Source: Eledone cirrhosa
Taxonomy: Eukaryota
Length of the DNA: 64,000 bases
Assembly: GCA_964016885.1 (NCBI GenBank)
Contig: OZ024748.1
Coordinates: forward strand, 21,514,001 to 21,578,000
Direction of reading: 5' to 3'
In this document: positions 15,676 through 27,350 of the stretch, in pieces
How the letters are laid out: every line of letters starts with the position of its first letter
Position numbering within the stretch: position 1 is the stretch's first letter
Notes under the pieces: model-generated
What the model was told of the DNA's origin: nothing
The model's input: the letters and a program-made list of their open reading frames with translations, nothing else
Database searches by the model: none
Made by a program: the position numbers and the translations under genes

Positions 15676-17280
15676 TGGTTGTTGTTTAGCTTAACCCTTT
15701 CCACACGAAAGGCCTAGTGGTTAGTGTGTTGGACTCGCAACCAAAAGGTTATGGGTTCAATTCCTGCATTAGGTATGAAGCTCATATTCTTTTAAGAAAT
15801 AGTATAGTCGAGCATATGTTGTAGCTGTTATGGCTCATGTTGGCTTATGTCTGGTCAGTCTCCTATGTGGTTACATCTCGTAAGAGGTTTCTTGGGTATT
15901 TTACTGATAGGGGTAGATAGGGCTCTTCAGGTGTGCCAAATACATGATGACCTTTCTAGTGCTGGTGCCATAATAATATGCACCCTGTGCACTCTGTAGA
16001 GTCTGAGATCAATGGTTCTGATTAAGTGCAGATTTGTACTGTGGTGACATGTTCAACCCTTGTTAGCAAGGAAAACTGACATAAATGGTATTGGTGATGA
16101 TGGTAGTGATGGGCTCCAAACCTATCATATCAATATATTTCTAGTGACGGGAAGCAAGATTGAAGATGAGAATTCACTAATCCAGAATAGATACTGCAAA
16201 GCATCGCATCAGATGCTCTACAAATTCCACCAATCTCCCACCATTGACTGGTATTTAATTCCTCAACCCTGAAAGGATAAAAAGCCAAGTTTACCTCAGT
16301 GGTGTTTGAACTCAAGATAACACAGAACTCATTCATAATGTGAAGGTGACTTATGCAGCCTACTGTATGCCTAACATAATTACATTAACAATGTGTGTTG
16401 TCCAAAAGATGTTGTGAGCACTCCAGATCTGACTAGACTATTTTTCACACAAGTCTCAGTGGAAATCAAGTAAGGAATAGTTCTGCAAGCTAAACTGGTT
16501 CAGCATTTCCTATATTTAAAACAATGACTTTAAATTGAAACAATTTATGTAAATAATTCTCGCTATATGCATTAAATATGTCCTAGGGAGGAAGACCAAA
16601 ACTTGCGAAAATAACATTTCCAGACAGAAAAAATAAAATAACAAAATATAAACATTCTCATGAGACAAACAAAGGTCTCAAATTGCTTAAATGAAGAAAC
16701 CATTGACACAGGAAAACTCCATTTAAGAATGTCACTCATTAAATTTGAGAACAAAATATAGTACAGCCATAAAAATAACAGGAAAAATAGAATAAAATAA
16801 AATAGAATAGAAAAATTGAGGCTTAAGGTTTTCTACAGATTTTCAAAAGAAATAGTTCCAGTGGACTACAGAAAACAGCAATTGTTTGAAGAGAATAAAT
16901 TGCTAACTAATTGCAAACTGTTAACTCTCTTGTTACCATATTTCTGCAATGCAGATCAATAAATCTCCAGGTGACAATAGGAAGAAAAAGATAAAGAGGA
17001 AGAGAAATGAAACGACACCGACACTAGCAACAAACAGCCACATATATAATTTTCTAACAAACTTCCAAAATTTCTTCAGTATCCCCCGATGATGAATGTG
17101 AAATCCAAAATATAAGATCTCTGGTTTTCATTTCATTTTATATTACATTTTACATTTGTTTTCCTCTAATCCCCTTTCTTCCTACTGCCACCTGATTTTG
17201 TTACTCAGAGATTTATCAATCTGCATTGTTGATTTTTCTTATTCCACAATGCTTCAAGCAAACTTAAACACTCTTTTATT

Positions 17281-17680
17281 CCTTTAGCATTTAAACCGAC
17301 CATATCCAGCCAGAATTCTCTCACCCCTTTCTATTCAAACCGGCTGTAACTGGCCACTCATACTGAGGTTAAGGTATTGTTCTCAAAATGAATAATATCA
17401 AAATCTCATAGATTCAATATTATGTGAGATAATTATGCGAGGTAAAGCCTTTACCATGAAATTACAATAGTAAATTTAAAGTAATTGTTTCTACTTTTGG
17501 CACAAGGCCAGCAATTATCCAGTGCATTACTGGTACTTTATTTTATCGACCCCGTAAGGATGAAAGGCAAAGTTAACCTCGGCGGGATTTGAACTCAAAC
17601 CATAAAGGGGCGTAACTCTTTGCTGCAAAGCATAGCGTCAGACCCTCTACCGATACTGAAGTAATGTAAATGCTAAAGGG
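17281..17680 (+). mobile_element. piggyBac-type MITE containing a family A SINE (17486-17658, minus strand)
   Basis: TIRs CCTTTAGCATTTA...TAAATGCTAAAGG; inner SINE flanked by AAGTAAT duplication. Confidence 0.85.
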
Positions 17681-17728
17681 TTATACATATATATATATTT
17701 AATTTTTTTTTTTTTTTCTTTTCACCAG

Positions 17729-17981
17729 AGGCCGAATGTGCACACACGGAATGTACTAGAGAATGAGAAAGGACCTCCTAAAACAGTAGCCCAACCAAAA
17801 CCTGTGATAGACCCACCAGCTAACTTCACGCCAAAATGTGAAATTAAAACCAAAGACACTTGGTCAGCTCTCACCCGAGCCAAGACCATTCTATGTAAAC
17901 AACAAATATCAAATGTTGCTTGCCTTGACAAAGAAGGAAAGCTTTACCCAAAGAGTCTTCCACGATACTGTCCTTACAAAG
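17729..17981 (+). CDS. XYLT: Internal coding exon of a peptide O-xylosyltransferase (XYLT1/2, oxt-like): stem region plus N-terminal Cys-rich domain
   Basis: Strong polypyrimidine tract + CAG acceptor (17727-17728) and G|GTAATG donor; 253 nt, phase 0 to phase 1. Translates RPNVHTRN...FTPKCEIKTKDTWSALTRAKTILCKQQISNVACLDKEGKLYPKSLPRYCPYK(G), which matches the XYLT motif PKC.I..K.A.SAL.RAK...C.Q.I....C.......P....R.CP. Confidence 0.9.
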
Positions 17982-17989
17982 GTAATGTT

Positions 17990-18024
17990 ACTATTATTAT
18001 TGTTGTTGTTGTTGCTGTTGTTGT

Positions 18025-18071
<47 letters not shown>

Positions 18072-18910
18072 TTGTTGTTGTTTTCATATTTGTTTATACT
18101 TTTCATATTTGTTTATACTTTATACTTTATAAAGTATAAAGGTATTTATGTATATACACAAGTATATACAGTATATACTTGTGTATATACAGTATATACT
18201 GTATATACACAAGTATATACAGTATACACAAGTATATACAGTATACACAAGTATATACAGTATATACTGTATATACACAAGTATATACAGTATATACTGT
18301 ATATACTTGTGTATATACTTGTATATATATATATACAGTATATACTTGTATATATATACAGTATATACTTGTATATATATATATACAGTATATACTTGTA
18401 TATATATACAGTATATACTTGTATATATATACAGTATATACTTGTATATATATACAGTATATACTTGTATATATATACAGTATATACTTGTATATATATA
18501 CAGTATATACTTGTATATATATACAGTATATATTTGTATATATATACAGTATATATTTGTATATATATACAGTATATATTTGTATATATATACAGTATAT
18601 ATTTGTATATATACAGTATATATTTGTATATGTACAGTATATACGTGTATATATACAGTATATACTTGTATATATACAGTATATACTTGTATATATGCTG
18701 TAAATACTTGTATATAGACAGTATATACTTGTATATATACTGTGTATATACTTGTGTATATATAGTGTGTTCTTGTGTATATACTTGTGTATATATAGTG
18801 TGTTCTTGCGTATATACTGTATATACTTGTGTATATATGTGTGTATATATGTATGTAGTTGTGTATATACTGTGTATATATGTATGTAGTTGTGTATATA
18901 TGTATGTGCA
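17990..18910. repeat. (GTT/GCT)n followed by a CAGTATATACTTG(TA)n minisatellite
   Basis: Direct inspection. Confidence 0.9.
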
Positions 18911-19049
18911 GTATAAAATCTCTAAAAACAGTTTTGTTAATTCAAACGTTTATTGCATCCGTACTAGGTGACAGATTCTTGTGAATTTACAGTCGACTAA
19001 ACTAAAAACTTTAATCTTTAACATGGTGCAGTCATAGTGTTGCTAATAA

Positions 19050-19446
19050 TTGTTTCTACTTTTGGCACAAGGCCAGCAACTATTCCAGTGTATTACTGGT
19101 ACTTCATTTTATCGACCCTGTAAGGATGAAAGGCAAAGTTAACCTCGGCGAGATTTGAACTCAGACCTTAAAGAGACGTAACTCTATGCTGCAAAGCATG
19201 GCGTCTGACCCTCTACTGATACTACCAATCCACAGACGTGCTATCCAATGTCTTGCTAATAATTGTTTCTACTTTTGGCACAAGGCCAGCAATTACCCCC
19301 AGTGCATTACTGGTACTTTATTTTATCGACCCTGTAAGGATGAAAGGCAAAATTAACCTCGGCGGGATTTGAACTCAGATTGGAAAGGGCCGTAACTCTA
19401 TGCATCAAAGCATGGCGTCCGACCCTCTACCGATACTGCCAATCCG
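19050..19446 (-). mobile_element. Two tandem family A SINEs (19050-19236 and 19263-19446)
   Basis: Both match family A; each is preceded by TTGCTAATAAT. Confidence 0.88.
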
Positions 19447-19809
19447 TAGTACAGGACTTTAAGAGTTGGGGAGAGGGCTAACTGGGTTATAGCCAGGGAC
19501 ACCCCGATATTTAAAGGGCCCCCAAATCCTTTTGCGGGTGGAGGCTACCATAAATATTACCTGAGAATCCCAATTTAACTTTTAGCCAGGGGCTCCCATG
19601 TAAGCTTAATCCGTCCTGTGTGTATGTGTTTTTGTATGCATGTCTGTGTGTGTGTTTTTGTATTCATGTCTGTGTGTGTATGTGTTTTTGTATGCATGCC
19701 TGTGTGTGTGTGTGAATCTGTAACTGTCTTTGTAAGAGAAAAAAATGTGTACATTGTAAATTGATGATTGTGCATATATGTATGAATATATATGTGTGTG
19801 TGTGTGTGT

Positions 19810-20645
19810 GTTGATGTTTGTAGTGGTGCTGATGTTAGTGATGTAAGTATTGGTGGTGGGGGTGGGGGTGATGGTGTTGATGTTAGTGGTGGTGGTGGGG
19901 GGGGGGGGGTGTAAGTGATGGTGGTGGGGCTGTTGATGTTAGTGATGGTGGTGGGGGGGGGGGGGGGTGATGTTGGTGGTAGTGATGTTAGTGATGTAAG
20001 TGATGGGGGTGATGGTGTTGATGTTAGTGATGGTGGGGGGGGATGTTGGTGGGAGTGATGTTAGTGATGTAAGTATTGGTGGTGGGGGTGTTGATGTTAG
20101 TGATGGTGGGGGGGGGGTGATGTTAGTGATGTAAGTATTGGTGGTGGGGGTGATGGTGTTGATGTTAGTGATGGTGGGGGGGGTGATGTTAGTGATGTAA
20201 GTATTGGTGGTGGGGGTGTTGATGTTAGTGATGGTGGGGGGGGGGATGTTGGTGGTGGTGATGTTAGTGATGTAAGTATTGGTGGTGGGGGTGATGGTGG
20301 TGGGGGTGGGGGAGGGATGGTGTTGATGTTGGTGGTGATGGTAATGGTAGTGGGGGTGTTAGTGATGTAAGTATTGGTGGTGGTGGTGATGGTGGTGGGG
20401 GGAGGGATGGTGTTGATGTTGGTGGTAATGGTAATGGTGATGTTAGTGATGCAAGTATTGGTGGTGGGGAAGGGATGGTGTTGATGTTGGTGGTAATGGT
20501 AGTGGTGATGTTAGCGATGGTGGTGATGTTGGTGATGTAAGTATTGGTGGTGGGGGTGATGTTAGGGATGTAAGTGGTGGTGGTGGAGGGGAGGTAGTGA
20601 TGTTGTTGATGATGATGGTGGTGGTGATGTTGATGATGCTAATGT
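19810..20645. repeat. G-rich GGT/GAT compound repeat
   Basis: Recurrent GATGTTAGTGATGTAAGTATTGGTGGTGGGG units. Confidence 0.85.
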
Positions 20646-20872
20646 TGTTTGTGGTGTAGAGCTCAATTATGAAGGTCACATGGTTATGTCTGTTGTCTAG
20701 GCAACCAAATAATCAGACTCGATGCTGTTGTTATATTTGGTATTGTTATTGTTGTTGTTTTTAATTATAAAGACAGTAAGATGAAATAAAAATTAATTAA
20801 AGCACACACACACACACGTGTATATGTATATATATACCATCACTATGAAATATCTATACACGCACACACATC

Positions 20873-20933
<61 letters not shown>

Positions 20934-21028
20934 CATCACCATGAAATATCTATACACGCACACACATCTGTATATATATATATATATATATATACCATCA
21001 CCATGAAATATCTATACATGCACACACA

Positions 21029-21065
<37 letters not shown>

Positions 21066-21112
21066 ATGTGCTTGTGTGTGTATGTGTGTGTGTGTGTGTG
21101 TGTGTAAATATA

Positions 21113-21206
<94 letters not shown>

Positions 21207-21739
21207 ATCACCATGGTGGTATATATATATATATACACACACACACATACATATGCTTCATTTCTTGTTGAAATTATATTGTTGGTTTTGAAGATTATGT
21301 TTAATATTTTAGGATTTTTTGTTTTTGTTTTTTTAATTTTCCTGTAATGTCTAATTTTATAATTTTCGTACAAATACTTGAAATTCTTCACATATTGGTC
21401 CCCCCCCCCCCTACCACCACCACCACTTTAGATCATCAAAATAGTTGAAGTTATCTTTATAATGAAGCAGATGGCCATATTCTTGGAATGAAGAGTTCGG
21501 AGTAGAAAGGATTCTTGTTTTGTCTTGCAGAGTATATAACAGCCTCTCTAGTGTTGATGCCAACTGTAAGAGTGGTTGTGCTGGTGCTAGCCATGATAAA
21601 ATACACCCAGTACACACTGTAAAATGTTGGCACCCAGTATGTTCTGTAAAGTGGTAGTATAGGTGCCATGATAAATAATTCAATGAAGATTCCAACTCAC
21701 TAATAAATTTCAAATTTCACTCATCATTTCTAAACACAT

Positions 21740-21803
<64 letters not shown>

Positions 21804-22087
21804 TAAAATACAAATATTAATAAAATAGATGTTCTTTTGATCAATTAAATTTTATTATATTTTATTATTTTCCAATCTACTGTAAAACTCATTCATTGAT
21901 ATACTCATTGAATCTTGTTTAACTCTTTAATATATATATATATACCGGTAGTAGCACGCTGTAAGCTTTAGCCACATCACTCGAGGGCGACCGGCAAAGG
22001 TAGAAGATGCTGGATGGCGGTCGCCCTCGGGTCCTTGATTTTCAGCCCCAAGGATTTTATCTATTACATTCACTTATTATATTTCGA

Positions 22088-22145
22088 ATACCTGATGATA
22101 TCACCGGATTCATACGGAACCCGATCATTGAAATGATCATAGTAT
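22088..22145 (+). ncRNA. Type I hammerhead-ribozyme-like motif, intact core
   Basis: atac-CTGATGA-(31-nt imperfect stem II)-GAAA-TGATCAT-A-gtat: stem I atac/gtat, palindromic stem III ATGATCAT, AUA site, followed by AATAAA. Confidence 0.6.
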
Positions 22146-22200
22146 AATAAACCTTTCAAGGATTTACACAAATCCAGCCTCCTGTCATTTCATATATATG

Positions 22201-22536
22201 TGGAGGCACATGGCTTAGTGGATAGAGCATTGGCCTTGCAATCGAAAGGTTGTGAGTTCAATTCTCAGACCGGGTGACGTGTTGTTTCCTTGAGCAAGAC
22301 ACTTTATTTCACATTGCTCCAGTTTACTCAGCTGTAGAAATGAGATGATAGGGACTGGGGTCCCTATCATTCCACTGTAAAGTGGACGTGTAGGTGCCAC
22401 GGCAAAAAAGCACCCAGCACTCACTGTAAATGAGGTTGGTGTTAGGAAGGGCATCCAGCTGTAGAAATCAAGCCAGAATCAGTTCCCGTCCCACCCTTGC
22501 AAGCAGGGAAAAAGCGGACGTAAATGAAATGATGAT
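22201..22536 (+). mobile_element. tRNA-derived CORE-type SINE family C with RTE-like 3' tail
   Basis: A box TGGCTTAGTGG, B box GAGTTCAATTC, CORE-like CCTTGAGCAAGACACTT, body GTTGGTGTTAGGAAGGGCATCCAGCTGTAGAAA, tail CTTGCAAGCAGGGAAAAAGCGGACGTAAA(TGA)n. Confidence 0.85.
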
Positions 22537-22572
22537 ATATATATATATATATATATTTATTATATATATATA

Positions 22573-22722
22573 ATCATCATCACCATTTTACGTCCATTCT
22601 TCCACGCTAACATGGGTTAGACAGGTTGTCCTGTTGTGAGCAATGCTAGGTCGGGTGACCTTGTCTTGCTCATACAGAACTGATTCTGGCTTGATTTCTA
22701 CAGCTGGATGCCCTTCCTAACA

Positions 22723-22725
<3 letters not shown>
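22573..22725 (-). mobile_element. Family C SINE 3' part (related copies at 60945-61145 and 62020-62163 on minus, 53083-53250 on plus)
   Basis: Reverse complement of TGGTGTTAGGAAGGGCATCCAGCTGTAG...GGACGTAAAA(TGA)n. Confidence 0.8.
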
Positions 22726-22758
<33 letters not shown>

Positions 22759-22761
<3 letters not shown>

Positions 22762-23490
22762 AATGTGGTTGGTGTTAGGAAGGGCATCCAGCTGTAGAAA
22801 ACCCGCCACACAGTCCACGCTGTAATGTGGCCGTGTAGTCAACACGGTAAAAACCTCCCAGCCCCACACTGTAAATGTGGTTGGTGTTAGGAAGGGCATC
22901 CAACTGTAGAAAACCCGCCACACAGTCCACGCTGTAATGTGGCCGTGTAGTCAACACGGTAAAAACCTCCCAGCCCCACACTGTAAATGTGGTTGGTGTT
23001 AGGAAGGGCATCCAGCTGTAGAAAACCCGCCACACAGTCCACGCTGTAATGTGGCCGTGTAGTCAACACGGTAAAAACCTCCCAGCCCCACACTGTAAAT
23101 GTGGTTGGTGTTAGGAAGGGCATCCAGCTGTAGAAAACCCGCCAGACAGTCCACGCTGTAATGTGGCCGTGTAGGCAACACGGTAAAAACCTCCCAGCCC
23201 CACACTGTAAATGTGGTTGGTGTTAGGAAGGGCATCCAGCTGTAGAAAACCCGCCACACAGTCCACGCTGTAATGTGGCCGTGTAGGCAACACGGTAAAA
23301 ACCTCCCAGCCCCACACTGTAAATGTGGTTGGTGTTAGGAAGGGCATCCAGCTGTAGAAAACCCGCCAGACAGTCCTATGCGAGCAAGACAATCACTCTT
23401 GCCTCAAGTGGGAAATACCCCCGTCCAAACCCATGCAAGCGTGGAACATGGACGTTAAACGATGATGATGATGATGATGATGATGATGAT
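22759..23490 (+). repeat. 112-bp tandem array (5.5 copies) inside a family C-related element, ending in its tail
   Basis: GTAAATGTGG at 22759, 22871, 22983, 23095, 23207 and 23319, then ...GGACGTTAAAC(GAT)n. Confidence 0.92.
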
Positions 23491-23555
23491 ATATATACTT
23501 CATTTTTGAATTTGTTTTGCAATATTTTTTTATCTGAAAACATGTGCTGAAACAG

Positions 23556-23694
23556 ATATTGTTATACTTTGGGAGGGTCATTCACCTGTTGGTTCTCCCT
23601 TCAATTTATTATAAATTTATAATAAACTAAAGTGAAAACCAACAGATGCATGTGTTTTTATTGGCAGTATGACCCTCCCAAAGTATAACAATAT
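23556..23694. repeat. Inverted (tail-to-tail) dimer of a dispersed repeat
   Basis: Perfect 26-bp IR ATATTGTTATACTTTGGGAGGGTCAT / ATGACCCTCCCAAAGTATAACAATAT. Related pieces at 37056-37110, 54257-54276, 54337-54430 and 61985-62020. Confidence 0.8.
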
Positions 23695-23781
23695 ATATAT
23701 ATATATATAATTGTTTCTATGTTGGGCCCGATGCAATTATCCAAGTGCATTACTAGTATTTTATTTTATCTACCCCGTAAG

Positions 23782-23830
<49 letters not shown>

Positions 23831-23844
23831 ATGTATATATATAG

Positions 23845-23990
23845 GTGGTGAGAACAGACCTCAGATCATTGAAGCTCACGGTGGAGATGACGAGGGACCG
23901 TGACGAGTGGAGAGATGCTGTGCTGAATAAGACCCATCCCAACCTTGCAAGCAGGGAAAAGCGGACGTAAAATGATGATGATGATGATAT
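23845..23990 (+). mobile_element. RTE LINE extreme 3' end
   Basis: VVRTDLRSLKLTVEMTRDRDEWRDAVLNKTHPNLASREKRT* followed by (TGA)n. Related fragments at 41259-41355 and 53743-53848. Confidence 0.8.
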
Positions 23991-24278
23991 ATCAGTGGCG
24001 AAGAGTAACCTGGAAAGCAGGGCATGCAGTCCAATCGCCATGGCGGAAAGTGGGGCTGTGCAGCCTTACCCCACCCCCACCCCACCCCAATTCCCTCTAA
24101 ATGACCTTCCCGGTCAAAGCCGCATGTAGTGTTATCTAGTGTGTGTGTGTGTTATCTTTTTATGTGTCTACGATTTAGTAAGCAGTCAAAACTCTGCTTG
24201 CTTCAACCGACGCAATTGATCAACTCAAGATTCTATAATGCATGCACTGCATGCGTTGCATGCATGCACCCTTCGCCC

Positions 24279-24314
<36 letters not shown>

Positions 24315-24513
24315 GATAAATCTACCAAGAGTTTACGGTAGTGTCCAATCCGTATGAAGAACTCAATGTAGTCCGGATATCATGGAAAGAAGAGATGCAA
24401 TGAAAAATCACTTTCGGTGAAAGATAAACGGAATACAGAGTCAAGATAAAATATTAAAAAAATAATGAATAAAACAATGAAACAATTCCTTATATTAAAC
24501 AAAAAAAGTTCAT

Positions 24514-24658
24514 TATTTAACGATCGTTTCTAGGATATATATGTGTTAGAATTGGCATGCATATTTAACAGATCTATGTACAAAATTATACAAAATTATA
24601 CAAACTATCAAGATTAAATATACATACCAAACACACATATATGCCGTCTTCAGAAATA
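24514..24658 (-). ncRNA. Type I hammerhead-ribozyme-like motif with a very long stem II
   Basis: Minus strand: tattt-CTGAAGA-(116 nt with ATATATGTGT/ACACATATAT and TTGGTATGTATATTTAA/TTAAATATGCATGCCAA pairings)-GAAAC-gatc-GTT-aaata. Confidence 0.65.
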
Positions 24659-24801
24659 TATATATATATACACACACATATATATATATACACACACACC
24701 ATTCTAGTCATGTAGAAGCCATTTCTATATTAAACATTTACACTCTCCTAATGTATTGAGTACCTTACTTACTGTGGTTACCCCTAATTTGAACCCGGGC
24801 T

Positions 24802-24834
<33 letters not shown>

Positions 24835-25194
24835 ACGAAGGAAATGTGGTAAGGAACCAGATGGACCATAACGCACCAGAGTACTCAATACTTAGGGTAG
24901 TAGAGTGGGTAATAGGAACAACAACTGGAATACTCCTCACCAGACAACTGACAAAGGTAACATAGGACCACCATGGACTGAACAACATGGAGATTGTGGT
25001 TTGTAATAGTGTGAGTGTGTAGAAAGGTAGCGACAGTAAAGTACAGAGAGGGGGGAGTAGGACAGACAGGTTAACAGGGAGGAGGGGTGGAGGGAGTTTG
25101 AAAAGGTTGTGGAGTACAGAGAAAGATAGTGGGAGGGAGCACTAAGATTGATGGAAGTTTGCCTATCAGGCACTCAGTTCTAGAGTGTGCCTGC

Positions 25195-25800
25195 TGTGTG
25201 TGTATGGGGGTGTATAATCAATGTGTATCTGTGTCTGTATATCTGTGTGTATGTCTGTCTGTCTGCCTACGTGTGTGTGTCTCTCTGTGTCTTTGTGTTT
25301 CTGTGTGTGTGTGTGTTTGTGTTTGTCTGTGTGTGTGTGTGCATTATTACTCTGTGTTTGTGTATGCGTGTCTGTGTGTGTGTGCATTATTACCCTGTGT
25401 TTGTGTATGCGTGTCTATGTGTGTGTGTGCATTATTACTCTGTTTGTGTATGCGTGTCTGTGTGTGTGCATTATTACTCTGTGTTTGTGTATGCGTGTCT
25501 ATCTGTGTCTATTTGCATATTTATGTTCATAATTACTGTGTATGTGTGTTATCAGTGTATGTGTGTCTATCAGTGTATGTGTGTCTATCAGTGTATGTGT
25601 GCCTATCAGTGTATGTGTGTTATCAGTGTATGTGTGTTATCAGTGTATGTGCGTCTATCAGTGTATGTGCGTCTATCAGTGTATGTGCGTCTATCAGTGT
25701 ATGTGTGTCTATCAGTGTATGTGTGCCTATCAGTGTATGTGTGTTATCAGTGTATGTGTGTTATCAGTGTATGTGTGTCTATCAGTGTATGTGTGTTATC
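25195..25800. repeat. GT-rich microsatellite and a 16-18-bp TATCAGTGTATGTGTGTC repeat
   Basis: Direct inspection. Confidence 0.85.
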
Positions 25801-26515
25801 AGGGTGTACAGTGCATGTGTACAGCATGCATGTTGTCAGTACATGTATAACGTTCTAAACTATAGGAAATATATAAAATCAACCAAACTAATGTTGCCAA
25901 GCTATTTAATAACATCAAAAGTCTGTGAGAGAGGATAAGATCGTTATCTAAATAGCATTAATATACATTAATATATCTCACCTAATGAGATTTGTCAGGT
26001 GGAACTATCTTGCAACAGAAGCAAAGCAAGCAGAAAAATTCCTGCCTTAATCTGTCCCCACTAGAAGCTTCAAAACTAACTGTTTCTTTCTTTCTTTGTT
26101 TGTTGTTTTTTGTTGTTGTATTTTCAATCTAAAGCTGTCATTCTAGGTGTTAGAGGAAAATAGATCAAGGTAAAAAAGAAAATGTTTAAATAAATTATAT
26201 TTGTGCCTTGTCTTAGAGAAAGACATGCATTCAAAGTTTTTCTCATATTTTTATGCAATCTTTAGACGGACATATGTGTGATTATAAACTATATAATAAT
26301 AATAATAATAATAATACTTTCTTTATTAACCACAAGGGTTTACATAAAGTAGACATTAAGGACAATACAGGATGGTACAAATGGGCATTTCTGCGTGCAA
26401 AAAACAAAAACAGAGGATGCAACAAAAAAAATAACAATGAAAAATTCCCCAATACGGGGGAGACTTCCGAGGGACATTCGTGGAGAAAGCCAATAATAAT
26501 AATAATAATGATAAT

Positions 26516-27110
26516 GGATGTCCAGGTCTTGCCAAAAAAGAATATATCCACAGGCATGTTAGAGTTGGGACCTTCATACACTGGAAATTATGCCAGTGTT
26601 ATGAAATACCAACAGAAAAAGATGGTACAAAGACACACCAGAAAAAGTGTCAGAGAATGACAAAGCAACCATTCTCTGGGATATGCCAATATATACAGAC
26701 ATAGAGATCAAGGCCAACCAACCAGATATTATAGTCAAAGAAAAAAGTGCCTTCTAATAGATGTATCTATCCCTACAGATAACAATATATCTACCAAGGA
26801 AATAGAGAAACTCTCCAAATATAAAGATCTAGAGATAGAAATAAATCGAATGTGGAAAATGAAAACAGAAACAATACCTATAATAATAGGTGATCTAGGA
26901 ATGATAAAAAAATGCACAGACAAGTACATAGCAAAACCCCCAGGACTAACAAATATATACAACATACAAAAGATAACACTACTAGGCACTGCACACATAT
27001 TATGAAAAGTACTATCAATACAATAGAAGCAACACCAGCAAAAACTACCCAAGGGCACAGAGCTGTGCTTGGTAAAGCAGTAATGATGTGCAATAAAATT
27101 AATAATGGAA
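26516..27110 (+). mobile_element. R4/Dong-like non-LTR retrotransposon 3' fragment (restriction-like endonuclease domain)
   Basis: GCPGLAKKEYIHRH.RVGTFIHWKLC...ILWDMPIYTD..IKANQPDIIV....CLLIDVSIP.D.N...KEIEKLSKYKDLEIEINRMW.....IPIIIG.LG...QKITLLGTAHIL; flanked by (TAA)n. Confidence 0.88.
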
Positions 27111-27129
27111 ATAATAGTAATAATAATAA

Positions 27130-27350
27130 TGGTTCCTTATTTAGGCACAAGGCCTGCAATTTTGAGGGAGGGGAAAGTCGATTAAATCGACCTCAGTGCA
27201 TGACTGGTACTTTATTTTATGGACCCTGTAAGGAGGAAAGGCAAAGTTAAAGTTAACCTCGGTGGAATTTGAACTCAGAACATAAAGGGCCGTAACTCCA
27301 TGCTGCAAAGCATGGCATCCAACCCTCTACCGATACTGCCAATCCACCAG
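27130..27350 (-). mobile_element. Family A SINE
   Basis: Matches the family A consensus. Confidence 0.8.

Noticed and set aside
15870-15935. Minus-strand CTGAAGA...GAAAC...GTA
   Set aside because: Stems I and II do not pair.
17838-18971. 377-aa ORF overlapping the exon, and read-through of ORF 17738-18139
   Set aside because: Wrong frame or beyond the splice donor; poly-Leu/Val from the (GTT/GCT)n microsatellite.
19452-19618. Possible hAT-type MITE (CAGGAC...GTCCTG)
   Set aside because: Only 6-bp terminal symmetry, no 8-bp TSD, and no second copy in the window.
21531-21565. Possible 35-nt mini-exon (ttgcag|...|gtaaga) and the minus ORF 21411-21713
   Set aside because: The apparent donor is part of a family C-like repeat motif and the peptides show no XYLT or other recognisable similarity.
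22201-22275. tRNA-like sequences with A and B boxes
   Set aside because: SINE heads continuous with SINE bodies, with no complete cloverleaf, so not tRNA genes.
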